Positions 1 to 11,383 of a DNA stretch of 64,000 nucleotides are shown piece after piece. Within the stretch, counting starts at the first letter, position 1; the number at the start of each line of letters is the position of its first letter. The translations under genes and the position numbers were made by a program. Origin of the DNA: Moniliella sp. 'wahieum'. Its lineage: Eukaryota. Below the pieces are notes generated by a model, which ran no database searches, was not told the origin of the DNA, and worked only from the letters and a program-made list of their open reading frames with translations. The stretch is from contig RSEE01000078.1 of NCBI GenBank assembly GCA_003971905.1, positions 124,001 to 188,000 on the forward strand. The letters are read 5' to 3'.

Positions 1-1998
1 CGCCACCCAAACCGGTTTCCGCGCGCCTCGGAACGCCCGACTCGGACGAGGACGAGAGCGAGGGCGAAGGCGAGGAGGACGAGGAGGACGAGGATGAGCG
101 TGCGAAAGCGTCGTACTTTGGTAAAAACAAGTACGCCTATCATGGCGGTGACGACCTCGAGGCGCTCGAATCCGATTCAGAGATTGATGAGGAGACCAAG
201 ATCGAGCTCGAGGTGCGGGAAGCACGCAAAGTGCAAGCTCTTGCCCGGGAAGACATGACGGACGCCGACTTTGGCCTGGCCTATGCCATCCCCCCCAAGA
301 CAGGCACGGAGCAAGTGAAGCCTGAGGTGGCGCCGGCCCTGGCCGGATTCGTACTTTCAAAGACCGATCTGCCGGTGGCGCCATGGACAGTACCGAAGAG
401 CGCGAGGCCCGACGTGCAGCGTTCGAGGTAAACGTTGTGCCAGAGGCGGAGACGACACGACTGCCTATTGAGGTGGAAGGAGAGGACCTTCGTGCCAACC
501 CACGCAAAGCGCGGGCGGTTCTCCTTTCACTTTTACGTACCTCGGCGCCCGAAAAGATTGCCCTGGCGGGTGAATTTGGAGATGAGCTGGCGATGTATCA
601 AGAGGTGATGCAAGCTCTTCCCGCGCGCGTCCAACAGCATCGCGCCCGCCGAGCCGAACAGGCCGAGAAGAGTGGAGTGGAAGCTGTGGGCGATGACAAG
701 GACCCAGGTATGGGGCTGTTGCAGCTCCATGCACAGGTATACAATGCGTATGCGACCTGCCTCTCCTTCTTTATGTACCTGGCCACCCTTCCTTCCTACC
801 TCAAGGATCCAAGTAAGCTGCGTACACATCCCGTCATGGGCCGATTGCTCAAGTTCAAACGCACCCTCATGGCATTGGAGGAGTTGGGTCTTGGCCTGCA
901 TCCCAAAGCTGATCCCACCCATGCCGAGGACGAGGAAAAGTATATGGACCTGAGCGAGATGCTGGCGGGCGGATCAGAGGGGAGCGACGATTCGTTTGAC
1001 AGTTCGTTCGAAGAGTCGATGGACCAAGACGAGCTTGCCGACCTATTGGCCGAGCAGGAGAAAGAAAACACGATTCGTCCCCAGACCGAAGCTACCCAGC
1101 CCGAGCCTGAGCCCAAGACCCAAACCAAACCCAAACCTAAAAAGTCCAAGAAGGGCAAAGAACCTGCCAGTGTCGCACCCCTGGCCGAGGTAGGGGAGTT
1201 TGATGCGGCCAAGGAGGCAGAGGAGGTTATGGCCAACCGACCGACCGCAGGCTCAGCTAAGAAGCGGAAACGCTCGCTCCCAGGCGAGTCGGATGCGGTT
1301 ACAGCCCAAGGTCTTGGTGAGCCCGAGGCACTGTCGGAGTTCGACAAGGCCGAGCGCGCAGAGCGCAAACGAAGCTTGCAATTCTACACGACGCAGATCT
1401 CGGCCCGCGAGGCAAGGCGTGGCAAGGCCAAAGAGGAGAAGATGTCGGGCGATGCTGACTTGCCCTGGCGCGACCCAGCAGCGGCACGGGCGGCGATTGA
1501 ACGCAAGCGCCAGGCCCAAGTCTTGGCAGAGCGTGCTGCCCCCGCTGCCGGTACAGCCTTGGATGACACCGAGTTTGATGAGCGGGATGATGCAGACCGG
1601 AGGGCAGTTTTGGATGAAGGAGCAGATGAAGGAGCTGAGTATTACGACCTAATTGCCTCCTCTCGCAAGAAGGCGCGAGCGGACAAGAAGGCCGAGTACG
1701 AGGCGTCTCGCTTGGCAGAACGTGACGAAGCGATGGCCGTGGGTGAAGGAGAACTCGAAGACGGCGAGCACCGTGGGATTGGGCGACAAATCGAGAAGAA
1801 CAAGGGTCTCACGCCCAAGCGCAAGAAGGAGGACCGCAACCCTCGTGTCAAGAAACGTATGCGTTTCGAGCAAGCGAAGAAGAAGCTCCGCTCCATGCAG
1901 GCCACCTACAAGGGCGGGAGAACGCCATCGAGGGTGGCTATGGGGGCGAGAGCAGCGGTATCTCGAGTCATGTCATCAAGAGCCGCAAGTTTGCTTAG
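1..1998 (+). CDS. SAS10: Sas10/Utp3 small-subunit processome protein, 5'-partial, frameshifted
   Basis: Acidic N-terminus; C1D-like core (YLATLPSYLKDPSKLRTHPVMGRLLKFK); Sas10 C-terminal signature RGIGRQIEKNKGLTPKRKKEDRNPRVKKRMRFEQAKKKL, continuing after a frameshift as GYGGESSGISSHVIKSRKFA* (TAG 1996-1998). Confidence 0.93.
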
Positions 1999-2814
1999 GC
2001 GTCCTCTCATTCTGACCTACGTGATGCCTTGCGATATGGTGCTTTCCACCGTGCTGCATCCGTCCGCATCCTTCAGCGCATTATTCAATGGGTTACTCAG
2101 TATACTGAAAATTGGTTGATGCAATGAGAGAACCATATGGTACGCGTCGGCTGCTTGTCGGGCGATGATTAGTGCGGTAGAGCTACAAAGTCCCCAGGCA
2201 TCCTAATCGACCTCTCCGCCAATAGCCAAACACCAGAGACGAGCTGCCGCTTTTTCCTCCCGAGCCATCCATTGCAGATGTCAGAGGCGAGAGCTTGCGA
2301 AAACAAGAGGATGGAAGAGCGACTGTGGGACTCGGCCGTTTCGTCGGCCGTTTATTTGGCCGTTTCTTTCGGAGCTTCAAATGGCAGAATGCATTACAGG
2401 CAAAAGGATATATCAAGGTGGACCACTGATCATGCATTAATCACAGCCAGCCGAGACAGCCCCCTGGGGTGTGGACCATGCCGAAATGAGTGCCTGAAGC
2501 TTGAAGTGTTTTTGACCGGGGGTTCCGAGGGCCGCGATCACCTCTAACCCATGCTGACTTGCTCCTCATCCGAGGTGACCGGCGTCATCGCATTCAGCTC
2601 TGCTTTCAAACAGACACGCTGTGGGAGACGTAGGCCAATGAAAACAGGTACCCGATACCCGTACCGTCCTTTTGAAAACTCAGCTGAGCCGCTCGCATGG
2701 CTCACACCCTGGTCTTGAGCGCATGGTGGTCTTCATATCTCATCTGCATCGTCGATCAACGCCAGGAGTCAATCGATTTTAAAGAAAGCCGCGGAGGGTG
2801 GTAGCGACGTCCTG

Positions 2815-3290
2815 ATCCACATGGTTACGGAGACCGCAAAATATGTCTCATATGCCAGCTGAGGCGTATAGACCAGAGCTGTCACAGTCGGGGGTAAGGC
2901 AAGAGACCAGGGTCGGGAGTAGGCCAAGGGATGGAAATCGTTTGAGTGGGGAAGAAGCAAGAGCAGAGGTGCGAAGCGGAAGAACAGGGAAGGAGCCGGA
3001 CGCTAGAGATGAGAAATAATTGGAAATGGGAGCGAGATCAGCCAAACTATGACAGAATTGTAAGCGATCGATTATACGCGATTACGGGCGGATATTATGC
3101 GTTGGTTGTGTGTGCTAGGAAGAAGGACGAAGGAAGGTTAGTATCGCTGGCTTACGTGGTTATGCACGCGCCTCCAGCCTTCGAATACGTCCGCGGAGCC
3201 TCAGGGGCTGGTGAGGCCGGGGAGGCCGCCGACGTGCTCTACGATCCGTGAAGGCAGTCACCGGTCACCGTCGCAACAGTACTATGAGTC
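2815..3290 (+). repeat. Degenerate direct repeat, copy 1 (partner at about 4975-5225)
   Basis: Collinear shared blocks GGAGACCGCAA, GCGATCGATT..CGGGCG, GCGTTGGT, CCGCGGAGCCTC(A)GGGGCT and GTGAAGSCAGT..GTCACCGTCGCAACAG. Confidence 0.7.
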
Positions 3291-4067
3291 AGGGGGACCA
3301 GGGGAGAGGGTCTTGCCGCAAGCGTGGGACACAAATGGTTTTTGATCTTTGAGCGCGTGAGCGAGCGTTCTTCAAGCTTCAAGAGACACCGCATGTGCGC
3401 AATATACGCAAGAACAACTCCTGATAAGCTCGGCACTCTGTACGTTCAGTCTTCCACAAGTCACCCATGACGAGGAGAGTGGCTTGAAAAGGTAGTAGTA
3501 GACTTACAAAAAAGGAAGCAAGTGGGAAAGCTTCATTCCGTCTTTTTGCGCATCCTGGTAAGGAACAAAAGCACCCTGTAACTACCCCTCCCCTTGTCTC
3601 TACTGCCTGGGTTTGTACAACGACGTTCAGAAAAGGCAGTCCTGAAGCTTGACGTAGACCTATAACCCAGGCAACAGAGACAAGCGGGCAGGGTGGGCTC
3701 GGCCCCCCGCTGTCGTCCGTAACGCGCAAGACCGTATTATATAGATCCCGCAGCCATCCTACAAAAGTTAAACTGTTCTCTGTCAGTACTCAGTCAGGAA
3801 CTGTGTCCTATACCCCGTCTTTGGCTGTGTTAATTTTCCGGCGAAGAACCCTTCAGGATTAGTCCTCCTCGTATACCGGTGCACATACACAACCTTGCCA
3901 ACAGGAGAGCCGACGCTCCAATAGAACGGCCTCACCTCGTCACTCTAGCTTCGTTCGCTTAGCTGCCAGTAGTGTACGGGCTGGATCAACTGGCCTGTCC
4001 TGCTCCAAAGGAAAGTACCCCTAAACTGCATGGGTCGGGACCCAGTCCGGGGCCCGCCTGTCATGCA

Positions 4068-4778
4068 ATGGCAGTAGCAAAAAAGCAGGCTGCGAAAGCG
4101 CGATCTATCACCGCCGAAGCCATGTTTCGCGGCCATGTCAATCGTAAGTACCCTGAGGCCTGAGGCTCAGGCCTGAGTTCAGGTCTGAATATGTTGGCAC
4201 CGCGTCCCGTAGACCTCGCTTGGAGAGGACGTATGGACGACTTTCTCCATGAGCTCAGGAAGGTCCTGACTCCTCATTGGAATACTCTGCGGCATGATTT
4301 ACTGTATCGAGTGCGCATAATCTCTCATTATGTATCCAGGATTGCAGCTAATCCCTTCTAACCCATTTCCAGTACCGCCATCAAGGCCCTCATCCGACGC
4401 AGGCCGACAGGACGGGGTTCAAACCTGGACCGCTACATTCGTGAGACCTGGGGGAAGTTGCGCAACATGCGCAACACGCTCCCGGCTCATGTCATGCGGT
4501 TTCCAGCGTGTGCTGTGAAAAAATTTGCCCTTGTCCATATGGCCATGGTGCGCGTTCAGGCTTTCACGAACGGCAGCGACGCTATTGAGCGGGCAGCCCA
4601 GGCCCAGTGGACGAGGGTGGAAAAGGAGCTTCCAAGCTTGTGGTCGAACCCACCACCAGAAGCCGCTACATACGTGAACACGCTGCAGAGTCAGCTAAAG
4701 GTTGCAGGCGGCCCGGGGGACGTGTATCCGCATTGGTCGCTGCTGCTCCCGGAGCTGAACGCAGTTCCGCAGGCTTAG
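4068..4778 (+). CDS. Hypothetical 3-exon orphan protein (about 186 aa)
   Basis: Exons 4068-4143, 4213-4291 and 4373-4778 join in phase (561 nt). Intron 1 is GTAAGT..TAG; intron 2 is GCATGA..GCTAAT..CAG. Protein MAVAKKQAAKARSITAEAMFRGHVNHLAWRGRMDDFLHELRKVL...PELNAVPQA*. No family recognised. Confidence 0.6.
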
Positions 4779-4974
4779 AGGAGCTCCTCCCAGTGATATA
4801 GCACTGACCATTCATTCGGCCTGCGTAAGGACTTTGGTGCATCGTGCGTGAACATAAGAAGTCATGTGGTGCCCATTCACTTGAAGCTTGATGTAACACT
4901 TGATGTAACACCGTAGGTCACTAAGTAGTCACCACTATAGCTCAAGTGAGGATAATCGTGACCTGTATAGCGAT

Positions 4975-5225
4975 TCACCCGGCTATGGAGACCGCAATGG
5001 ATGCTGAAATGTTTGGTACAGTAGCGTAGGCGATCGATTGCGGGCGAGAGATAGGCGTTGGTGGTAGGAAGCAGAGGACGAGAGGGCTACTGGACAAGGC
5101 TACTCGTCGTTGACTTACGCGCGCATCAGCAGTCTTCGGAGCCCGCGGAGCCTCGGGGCTAGAGAAGCTGCAAGTGCGTCGCGTTCGGTGAAGCCAGTAA
5201 CTAGTCACCGTCGCAACAGACAACT
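4975..5225 (+). repeat. Degenerate direct repeat, copy 2 (partner at about 2815-3290)
   Basis: Same ordered blocks as copy 1, with a large internal deletion relative to it. Confidence 0.7.
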
Positions 5226-5352
5226 AGTACTACAGCAAGTCGCAAATAGGCAAACTCAAGAGGGCGCTCTTGAAGCTTGATTGATGATTAGACCCTCGAA
5301 CACTGCTGCAGGGGGCCGCTAGTGTTGCGGCGTTAGACAGATATTAGCTTAC

Positions 5353-5410
5353 CTAGGCCCCTGGTGTGGCCCAGGATTGCCTATAGGCCCCTGGCGTGGC
5401 CCAGATTGGC
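5353..5410. repeat. Two tandem copies of a unit of about 31 bp
   Basis: TAGGCCCCTGGTGTGGCCCAGGATTG followed by TAGGCCCCTGGCGTGGCCCAGATTG. Confidence 0.8.
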
Positions 5411-5845
5411 CTGTGCGCACAATTGGCTGCGCCACACGCGCCTCCTTTTAACCTCCTGCTCCTCTGTGGTTGCATCCTGTCCCTCACCACCGCCCTCTCA
5501 TTGCGCCCATAGCAACCAGTATCCCATCTCTGCAGCCAGCACATCGCAGAGTGCTCTGTCCCACGGCGCAACAGCACCATCTTCTTCCCTGGACATCAAA
5601 ATCACCATCGTTGCTGCCTGCACTGCTACTGACCGCCTTGCTAGTCCCGCCCCATCGCTCGGTTCTCCTCGCCTGGTCTCATTGCTGCCGTACGTCTCCA
5701 TTCCTCTCCCGCCACACTCCGTCCTCCTCGCCTCGTTAGTATCGCTGTTGAACGCCCCCTCTGCCTCTCGCCCCGGCCCCGTCTCACTGTCTGCATTGCT
5801 TTTGTCGTATGTGTTCTCTTGCCACCAGCGCTCTGTTGCTGACCC

Positions 5846-5906
5846 TTGACCTCATGTGGGCAAAGCGCTTGACCTCTTGGGCCAAAGCGCTTAACCTCAT
5901 GTGGCC
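5846..5906. repeat. About 2.7 tandem copies of a 22-23 bp unit
   Basis: TTGACCTCATGTGGGCAAAGCGC / TTGACCTCTTGGGCCAAAGCGC / TTAACCTCATGTGGCC. Confidence 0.8.
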
Positions 5907-7014
5907 ACAGTGTCCAAAAACTCCCGGAGGAACTTTATACGCATTTTTGGGTGATGTGGTCAATGACCTAAGCAAAATATTAATTTTTTACAACCCCCCG
6001 TGAAGTTACCAGTGGCAGCAAACTGAGTGTGGCTGTTGCGCTGATGCGACGCATCCACCCGCCCCACTCAATCTACACATCACATATCTGGGCCATGTTA
6101 TCCATTTCACAAATCATCAACATCAACCGTTGCGCGTTGGCTATAGATCATCGCTCCCATCCTGCGTCAACGCGCCCCGACGTTTGAAGTTCAACGTTCA
6201 ACACATTCAACGCGTCAACCATCCCGCTGCGCACAGGCTTCCGCGGGATGGGCCCCGCGCTTTGTAGCAACAGCTCCCGACGCGTTATATATCCTAGGCG
6301 TGCGCGTGACGATACTGACGGCACGCACATATGGGCCCACAAGTGGCGCGTCCGCACTGGGATTCGTCACGTCTATCACGCATCTGCGCACATCCCTGTG
6401 TCACCGCGTCACCGCGTCACCCCGTCATTTCACTCCGGCGACTGCCCCATGTCCTCTCCACCTCTGATCGATGATCGATGGTCGAGACGCGCGAGGACGG
6501 AGCACTGAACGTGTATTAGTTAATCATCGATCATTTCCTTGCGAGGCAGGGGCTTCTGGGACCGGGCGGGCGGACACATGCCGGGTGCATCCGCAACTAC
6601 AAACCCCACGGTAACATTCTGGCGTACAATTGACTCAATGGCCTGTTCCCAGTTTAGCTATACTGGGCCCATGCAGTGCCTCACCAACTTTTCTCCAACC
6701 CCTGGCGCCTCCGACTCCGTGGACTTGCGGACACGGTACTCGGTACCGCAGTGCGCGGGGATCAGATTCCAGACAGTTCTCATTGTGCATGCGCCGACCC
6801 GATTTGTTGTCCAAAAACGCCGATATGCTGAGCTGAAGACTTCAGGAGCTTCAGGTTTTTTCGGCGCTTGTGTACACTGGCCATTGCCGCACGCCTCGCC
6901 ATTGGAAGCCAACGTCCAACCACCACCTCCTCCCGCTATCTCTCGTCGTCCCGCCACTGCACACCCGCTTCTGCCCACGCCTCACCCTCCTTTGCGCTAC
7001 CCACATCCTTCACC

Positions 7015-8916
7015 ATGACCGCTGTTGAAGGCAAGAACGACGCTGTGGCAAGCGCACCTGCTGACAGCGGTGACACTCCTCGCCCTTCCTCCATTGCCAG
7101 TCCACCTCATTCTCCGCCTCGCCTGTTGATGCGACCCCCGCCGCTGACTCCAAGTCAGCCCCAGCCCCAGCCCCGGCCTCAGCGACTCCTGGAGTCGATC
7201 CGGCCTTCATCGTCACTGGGACGGGCCTGATGACCCAGACAACCCCCATAATTGGTCGCTTACCTATCGCTGGCGCTCACCATTCTTATGGGTATCCTCA
7301 CCCTCAACTCTTCCTTCACCTCCTCCATCCCTCGGGAACGGCGGTGGAGGAAATGGAATACTTCCATGTGTCGCAAGAAGTCATCACTCTCGCCATCACG
7401 GCCTATGTAATTGGGTGCGTCTTTCTTTGTCGTACTCTTTCACCCACGGTTCTGCTAACTTCTCGCTCGCACTTGATGCGAAACACAGTTACATTCTTGG
7501 CCCGCTCGTGTGGGCACCTCTGTCGGAACGTGTTGGCCGATACCCTACCTTCGCCATCGCTATTACATGTACACTGCTTTCAATTTGGGGTGTGCACTCT
7601 GCAAAAACATTGGCTCGCTCATTGTTTTTCGGTTACTGCTGGTTCTTTTGCCGCATGTCCTCTCACCAATGCCGCGGGTGTCCTGGCGGATATTTGGGAT
7701 GCCAACACCCGTGGAACAGCCGTGGCACTTTTCTCCGTCGCTCCATTTGCTGGTATGTCTTTTGGTTTTCCCCACTCCTTTCTCAACACCCGCATTGACT
7801 GACTCTATATGGAATCTACAGGCCCCGCTCTTGGCCCGACCGTTTCAGGTGCGATTTCAGTAACTCATAGTGGCGCTGGACTTATTACACAGCCACAATT
7901 TTCAGTGGGTGTGCGCCATTGCTGCCATCTTGTGTGTCAAAGAAACGTACGCTCCCATTATCCTTGCTCGCAAGGCCAAGAAGTTGCGCAAGGAGACTGG
8001 CGACGAACGCTACGTGGCGCGCATTGAGCTCAACCGCCTCGAGTTCGTTCCGTTGATGAAGGATACCATCTTGAAGCCCTTTGTGTTGCTGTTCAAGAGC
8101 CATGCTACTCGCTACCTCGCTCTATTGCGGGTACGTGTACGGCTGTTTGTACATGCTGTTTGAAGCGTTCCCACTGGTTTTCGGTGAGCTCCATCACATC
8201 AATGTCCTTCTCTCCGGTCTTTGCTTCATGCCCTTCTTTATTGGCGGTGTGATCGTTGCGCATCCACAGTGGTCTACTGGAATCCCCAATACATTAAGGA
8301 GGCTAAACAATCTCCCACGGGGATTCTCCCACCTGAAAAGCGCTTGCCTATGTCCTATCTGGGTGGGCCCATTGATCTCTATTTCGGCCTTCTGGCTTGG
8401 CTGGACAGCCTATCCGTCCATCTCAATTTGGTGCGGGTTGATTTCCACCTCACTTATGGGCGCAGGATTATTCTTGTGTTCCAAGGTCTGTTGACCTACG
8501 TTGTCGAAGCCTACCTTCTCAATGCTGCCTCCGCCATCGCCGCCAACACTATCGTGCGTATACACCTGTCGTTTCTTCCTCCCCCCCAACAAATCACTAA
8601 CTATAACGTTATTACAGGTCCTTCTGCCTTTGGTGCTGGCTTCCCTTTGTTTACTACACAAATGTTCCACCGTCTTGGACTGCACTGGGCGTTCACGCTA
8701 GTCGGGTGCCTGAGCGTGATTATGATCCCAATCCCATTGGTGTTGGGTTTCTATGGTCCCAAGTTGCGTGCCATGAGCAAGAACACCATGTCCTACGAGG
8801 AAGTAGCGATGATCATGGGGCTCTCCGTCCCCGCCCAAGCAAAGCAAGACCCGGAGTCTTCCCCCAGCGCCGAGCCCAAAGCAGGGAACGTCGGGACAGT
8901 GCACCAAGCCTCGTAG
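7015..8916 (+). CDS. MFS drug:H+ antiporter, DHA1 family (TPO/FLR1-like)
   Basis: Motifs GPDDPDNPHNW, GPLVWAPLSERVGR, ETYAPIILARKAKKLRKETGD, PPEKRL, AASAIAANTI..SAFGAGFPLF. Introns about 7415-7488, 7753-7821 and 8554-8617; several frameshifts. Confidence 0.92.
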
Positions 8917-9692
8917 GCTCCTATCGGTCTCAGCCCAAGTCCGAAACCGCGTAACGCGTAACTGCCCTTCACTGCTCCTCATGCACAAATCCTTTATTTG
9001 GTGATTCAATCTGTTCAGTGCACCTTAATGTCATTTGGACATGCACCTTCCTTGTCATTTGGACTACACCTTCATCTCATTTGAACCTACTCTTTTCCCG
9101 TTGTCAGCGCCATCATGCATCATGCATGCAGCAGATCACACACACACATCTCTCTGTTTCTATCCGACTCTCCCCTACGTTCTGCCATAACGGGCTCCTC
9201 TCTTGGAATAGGCCCATCAACTTTTCTCCCTTTCTCCTTCTCGAGACCTTGTCCTCATTAAAAACTGTGCATCTTTACTTGATGTGTCGTGACTCTGTGA
9301 CCAACTTGTTCTCTTATACACAGTCAAAATGAGGCCTGCTTGAAGTATATACGATACTTGGAGCACCGAGGGAGCAGTAAATCAACTTCCCACACTTAGC
9401 TCCCAGATAGTCATACAACATCCTCAGCACGCGCGGAAGAAAAACAGCTTCCATCTCTTCATCTGGGGTGGCTACGGTTGGGCTGGCATGTTTGACAGTC
9501 AATCAGGGACTGTGGTGGAGCAAAAATACAGAAGGTGGGGTGCGCTAACATCCACTCGAGCCGTCGCAAAATGCCCTAGGGTTTCCGATTGTAAACCGCG
9601 TGCCGTGATGGCTTCAAAGGATGGAAGGGTATGACCAAAAGATGTAAAGTACAACGACACGGATGCAACATGAGAAGGTCTGGAAGCCAACA

Positions 9693-10464
9693 TTAGGCCA
9701 CCATGGGTTTGGCCACCTTGCGTTTCTCTACAACTCCTGTGACGGGATCGAGCATCTGATCCAGCTGATCGGCACCAGCGCGTTAGACTTCACTCGCGGT
9801 TTGAACGGGCTGGAGAGTCGTCCAACAAGGCACGTCCGAGGGAGCGCTGGACGATGAAGCAATGGCGTAGACTACCCCCAGCTGATGGCTGCGGTGGAAG
9901 GAAGTAGGAGCGAGCATCGCCCAAGGAAATCTAGATATGAGAGGTAGCAGAAAATTGAGCGCCCGAGAGATCAATAAAACTGCGTATGTAGAGAAAGGGA
10001 GGGCACGCACCACCTCTGCACGAACGATATCGCCCGGACGGAAACAGTCTACCATCTTGACCGTGTCCTTCTGCGTCGAGCGCACATCGGGCGCGCGAAT
10101 CAGGCCTTGAAAGAGCGAGTCGGGATTGCCATCGTCGGCGGCGGCGACCGCCATAGGCGGGAGCCAGCAAGCCGCAGGGAGTCCCGTCGATTGCCAGAAT
10201 CACGCAGCTGGCTTGCCTTGGGGACACACGCACGATTCGTACCAGAACGCTGGAGCCCACTTCAGGAACAGGGAAGCGGACCCCAGCCCCACGCACCGAC
10301 ACGGCCGGGCCCGAGGTATCGAGGGTGCCCACTCGGCTCGCCACCATCCATCCTCCACGGGGAAATACGCCTTCTGCGGATAAAGCAGCGGCTGTGGCGG
10401 ATAGCGGAGCCTGAGGGATGGAGCTCACAGGCTGGCCAGGGAGCACAACAGGAGTGCGGAGCAT
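9693..10464 (-). CDS. CSL4: Exosome complex RNA-binding subunit Csl4
   Basis: N-terminal VVLPGQP; S1 domain [34 protein letters not shown], then SLGDARSYF after an intron near 9932-10010; C-terminal [17 protein letters not shown]. Confidence 0.92.
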
Positions 10465-10686
10465 CGTCAAATGTCGTTGTGGAGGTTCGGAGGGCTGGTC
10501 AGCTGCTACATTTTGGCCCAGTCAAAGCGAAATGGAGAGCAGCGGAATTGTCTGTTCCGCCGGCAGAATTTTTCAGCCTTCGCCTCCACCCAGCAAACAT
10601 AAATAGCAGCGAAATAGCTGCGTCTTCCGCTTCTTCCCAACCACCAACCACTATCGGGTAAGCATCTGATCCTCTTTTTCGCTGCT

Positions 10687-10766
10687 ATGATGCTTGATGA
10701 GTTGGCTGTATGAGTCCTTCGGGACTCGATGCCGAAAATATCTCGCTACCTAACTTTTTTGTCTGA
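10687..10766 (+). ncRNA. Candidate intronic box C/D snoRNA
   Basis: Box C-like ATGATGC/TTGATGA 10687-10700, D'-like ATGA 10710-10713, GAGTCC-TTCG-GGACTC hairpin 10712-10727, C'-like ATGCCGA 10729-10735, box D CTGA 10763-10766. Lies within GTAAGC (10658) .. GCTGAC (10800) .. CAG (10834). Confidence 0.6.
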
Positions 10767-11383
10767 GCCATTCACCTACCTGTTTGTTACGGACGGCACG
10801 CTGACTCTTTTTTATCTTGTGTGCGATGGCCCAGGCTTCGAATATACGCTTTTGCCCTCCTCAGTCATCCGTTTATGCATCTTCAGCCATGTAGCCCATA
10901 GTGATGCTGTCTCCCTTCTGTCGTCGTCCACACACCGTTACCCAGAACTCACATACCCAGGAATCAGGTTCCTCAACTCTCACACATCTCAACGAGAAAC
11001 TCGCAACTCACGGACCGTTCCGTCTTCATCTGTTACGCCCACACCAGACGGCGCAAGTTCTGCTTTCCGAGCCTCAATCCATTTGTCGTATGTTGATGTC
11101 AACGTTCAACGTTCAACTTGAATGTTCAGTACTGAACTGAACACTGAACTAACGTTTAGTCTGAACGTTTAAGCTCACTAAGCAATGACGCGATGACGAT
11201 AAACTCGCCCAATCAACTCTTCTTCTTGTCCGCGGGCGTAGGCCCTTTCCACGGACTTTGGGGGGAATAACCTGCCCCCACGATACAACACCTGACGCAA
11301 CACAGGCGGACAATGGTGACAGCCGGATGGAGGCAACGAGCATGAATTTTGGGCACGGACATGCCTACTTTTGTCGTCCAAAC

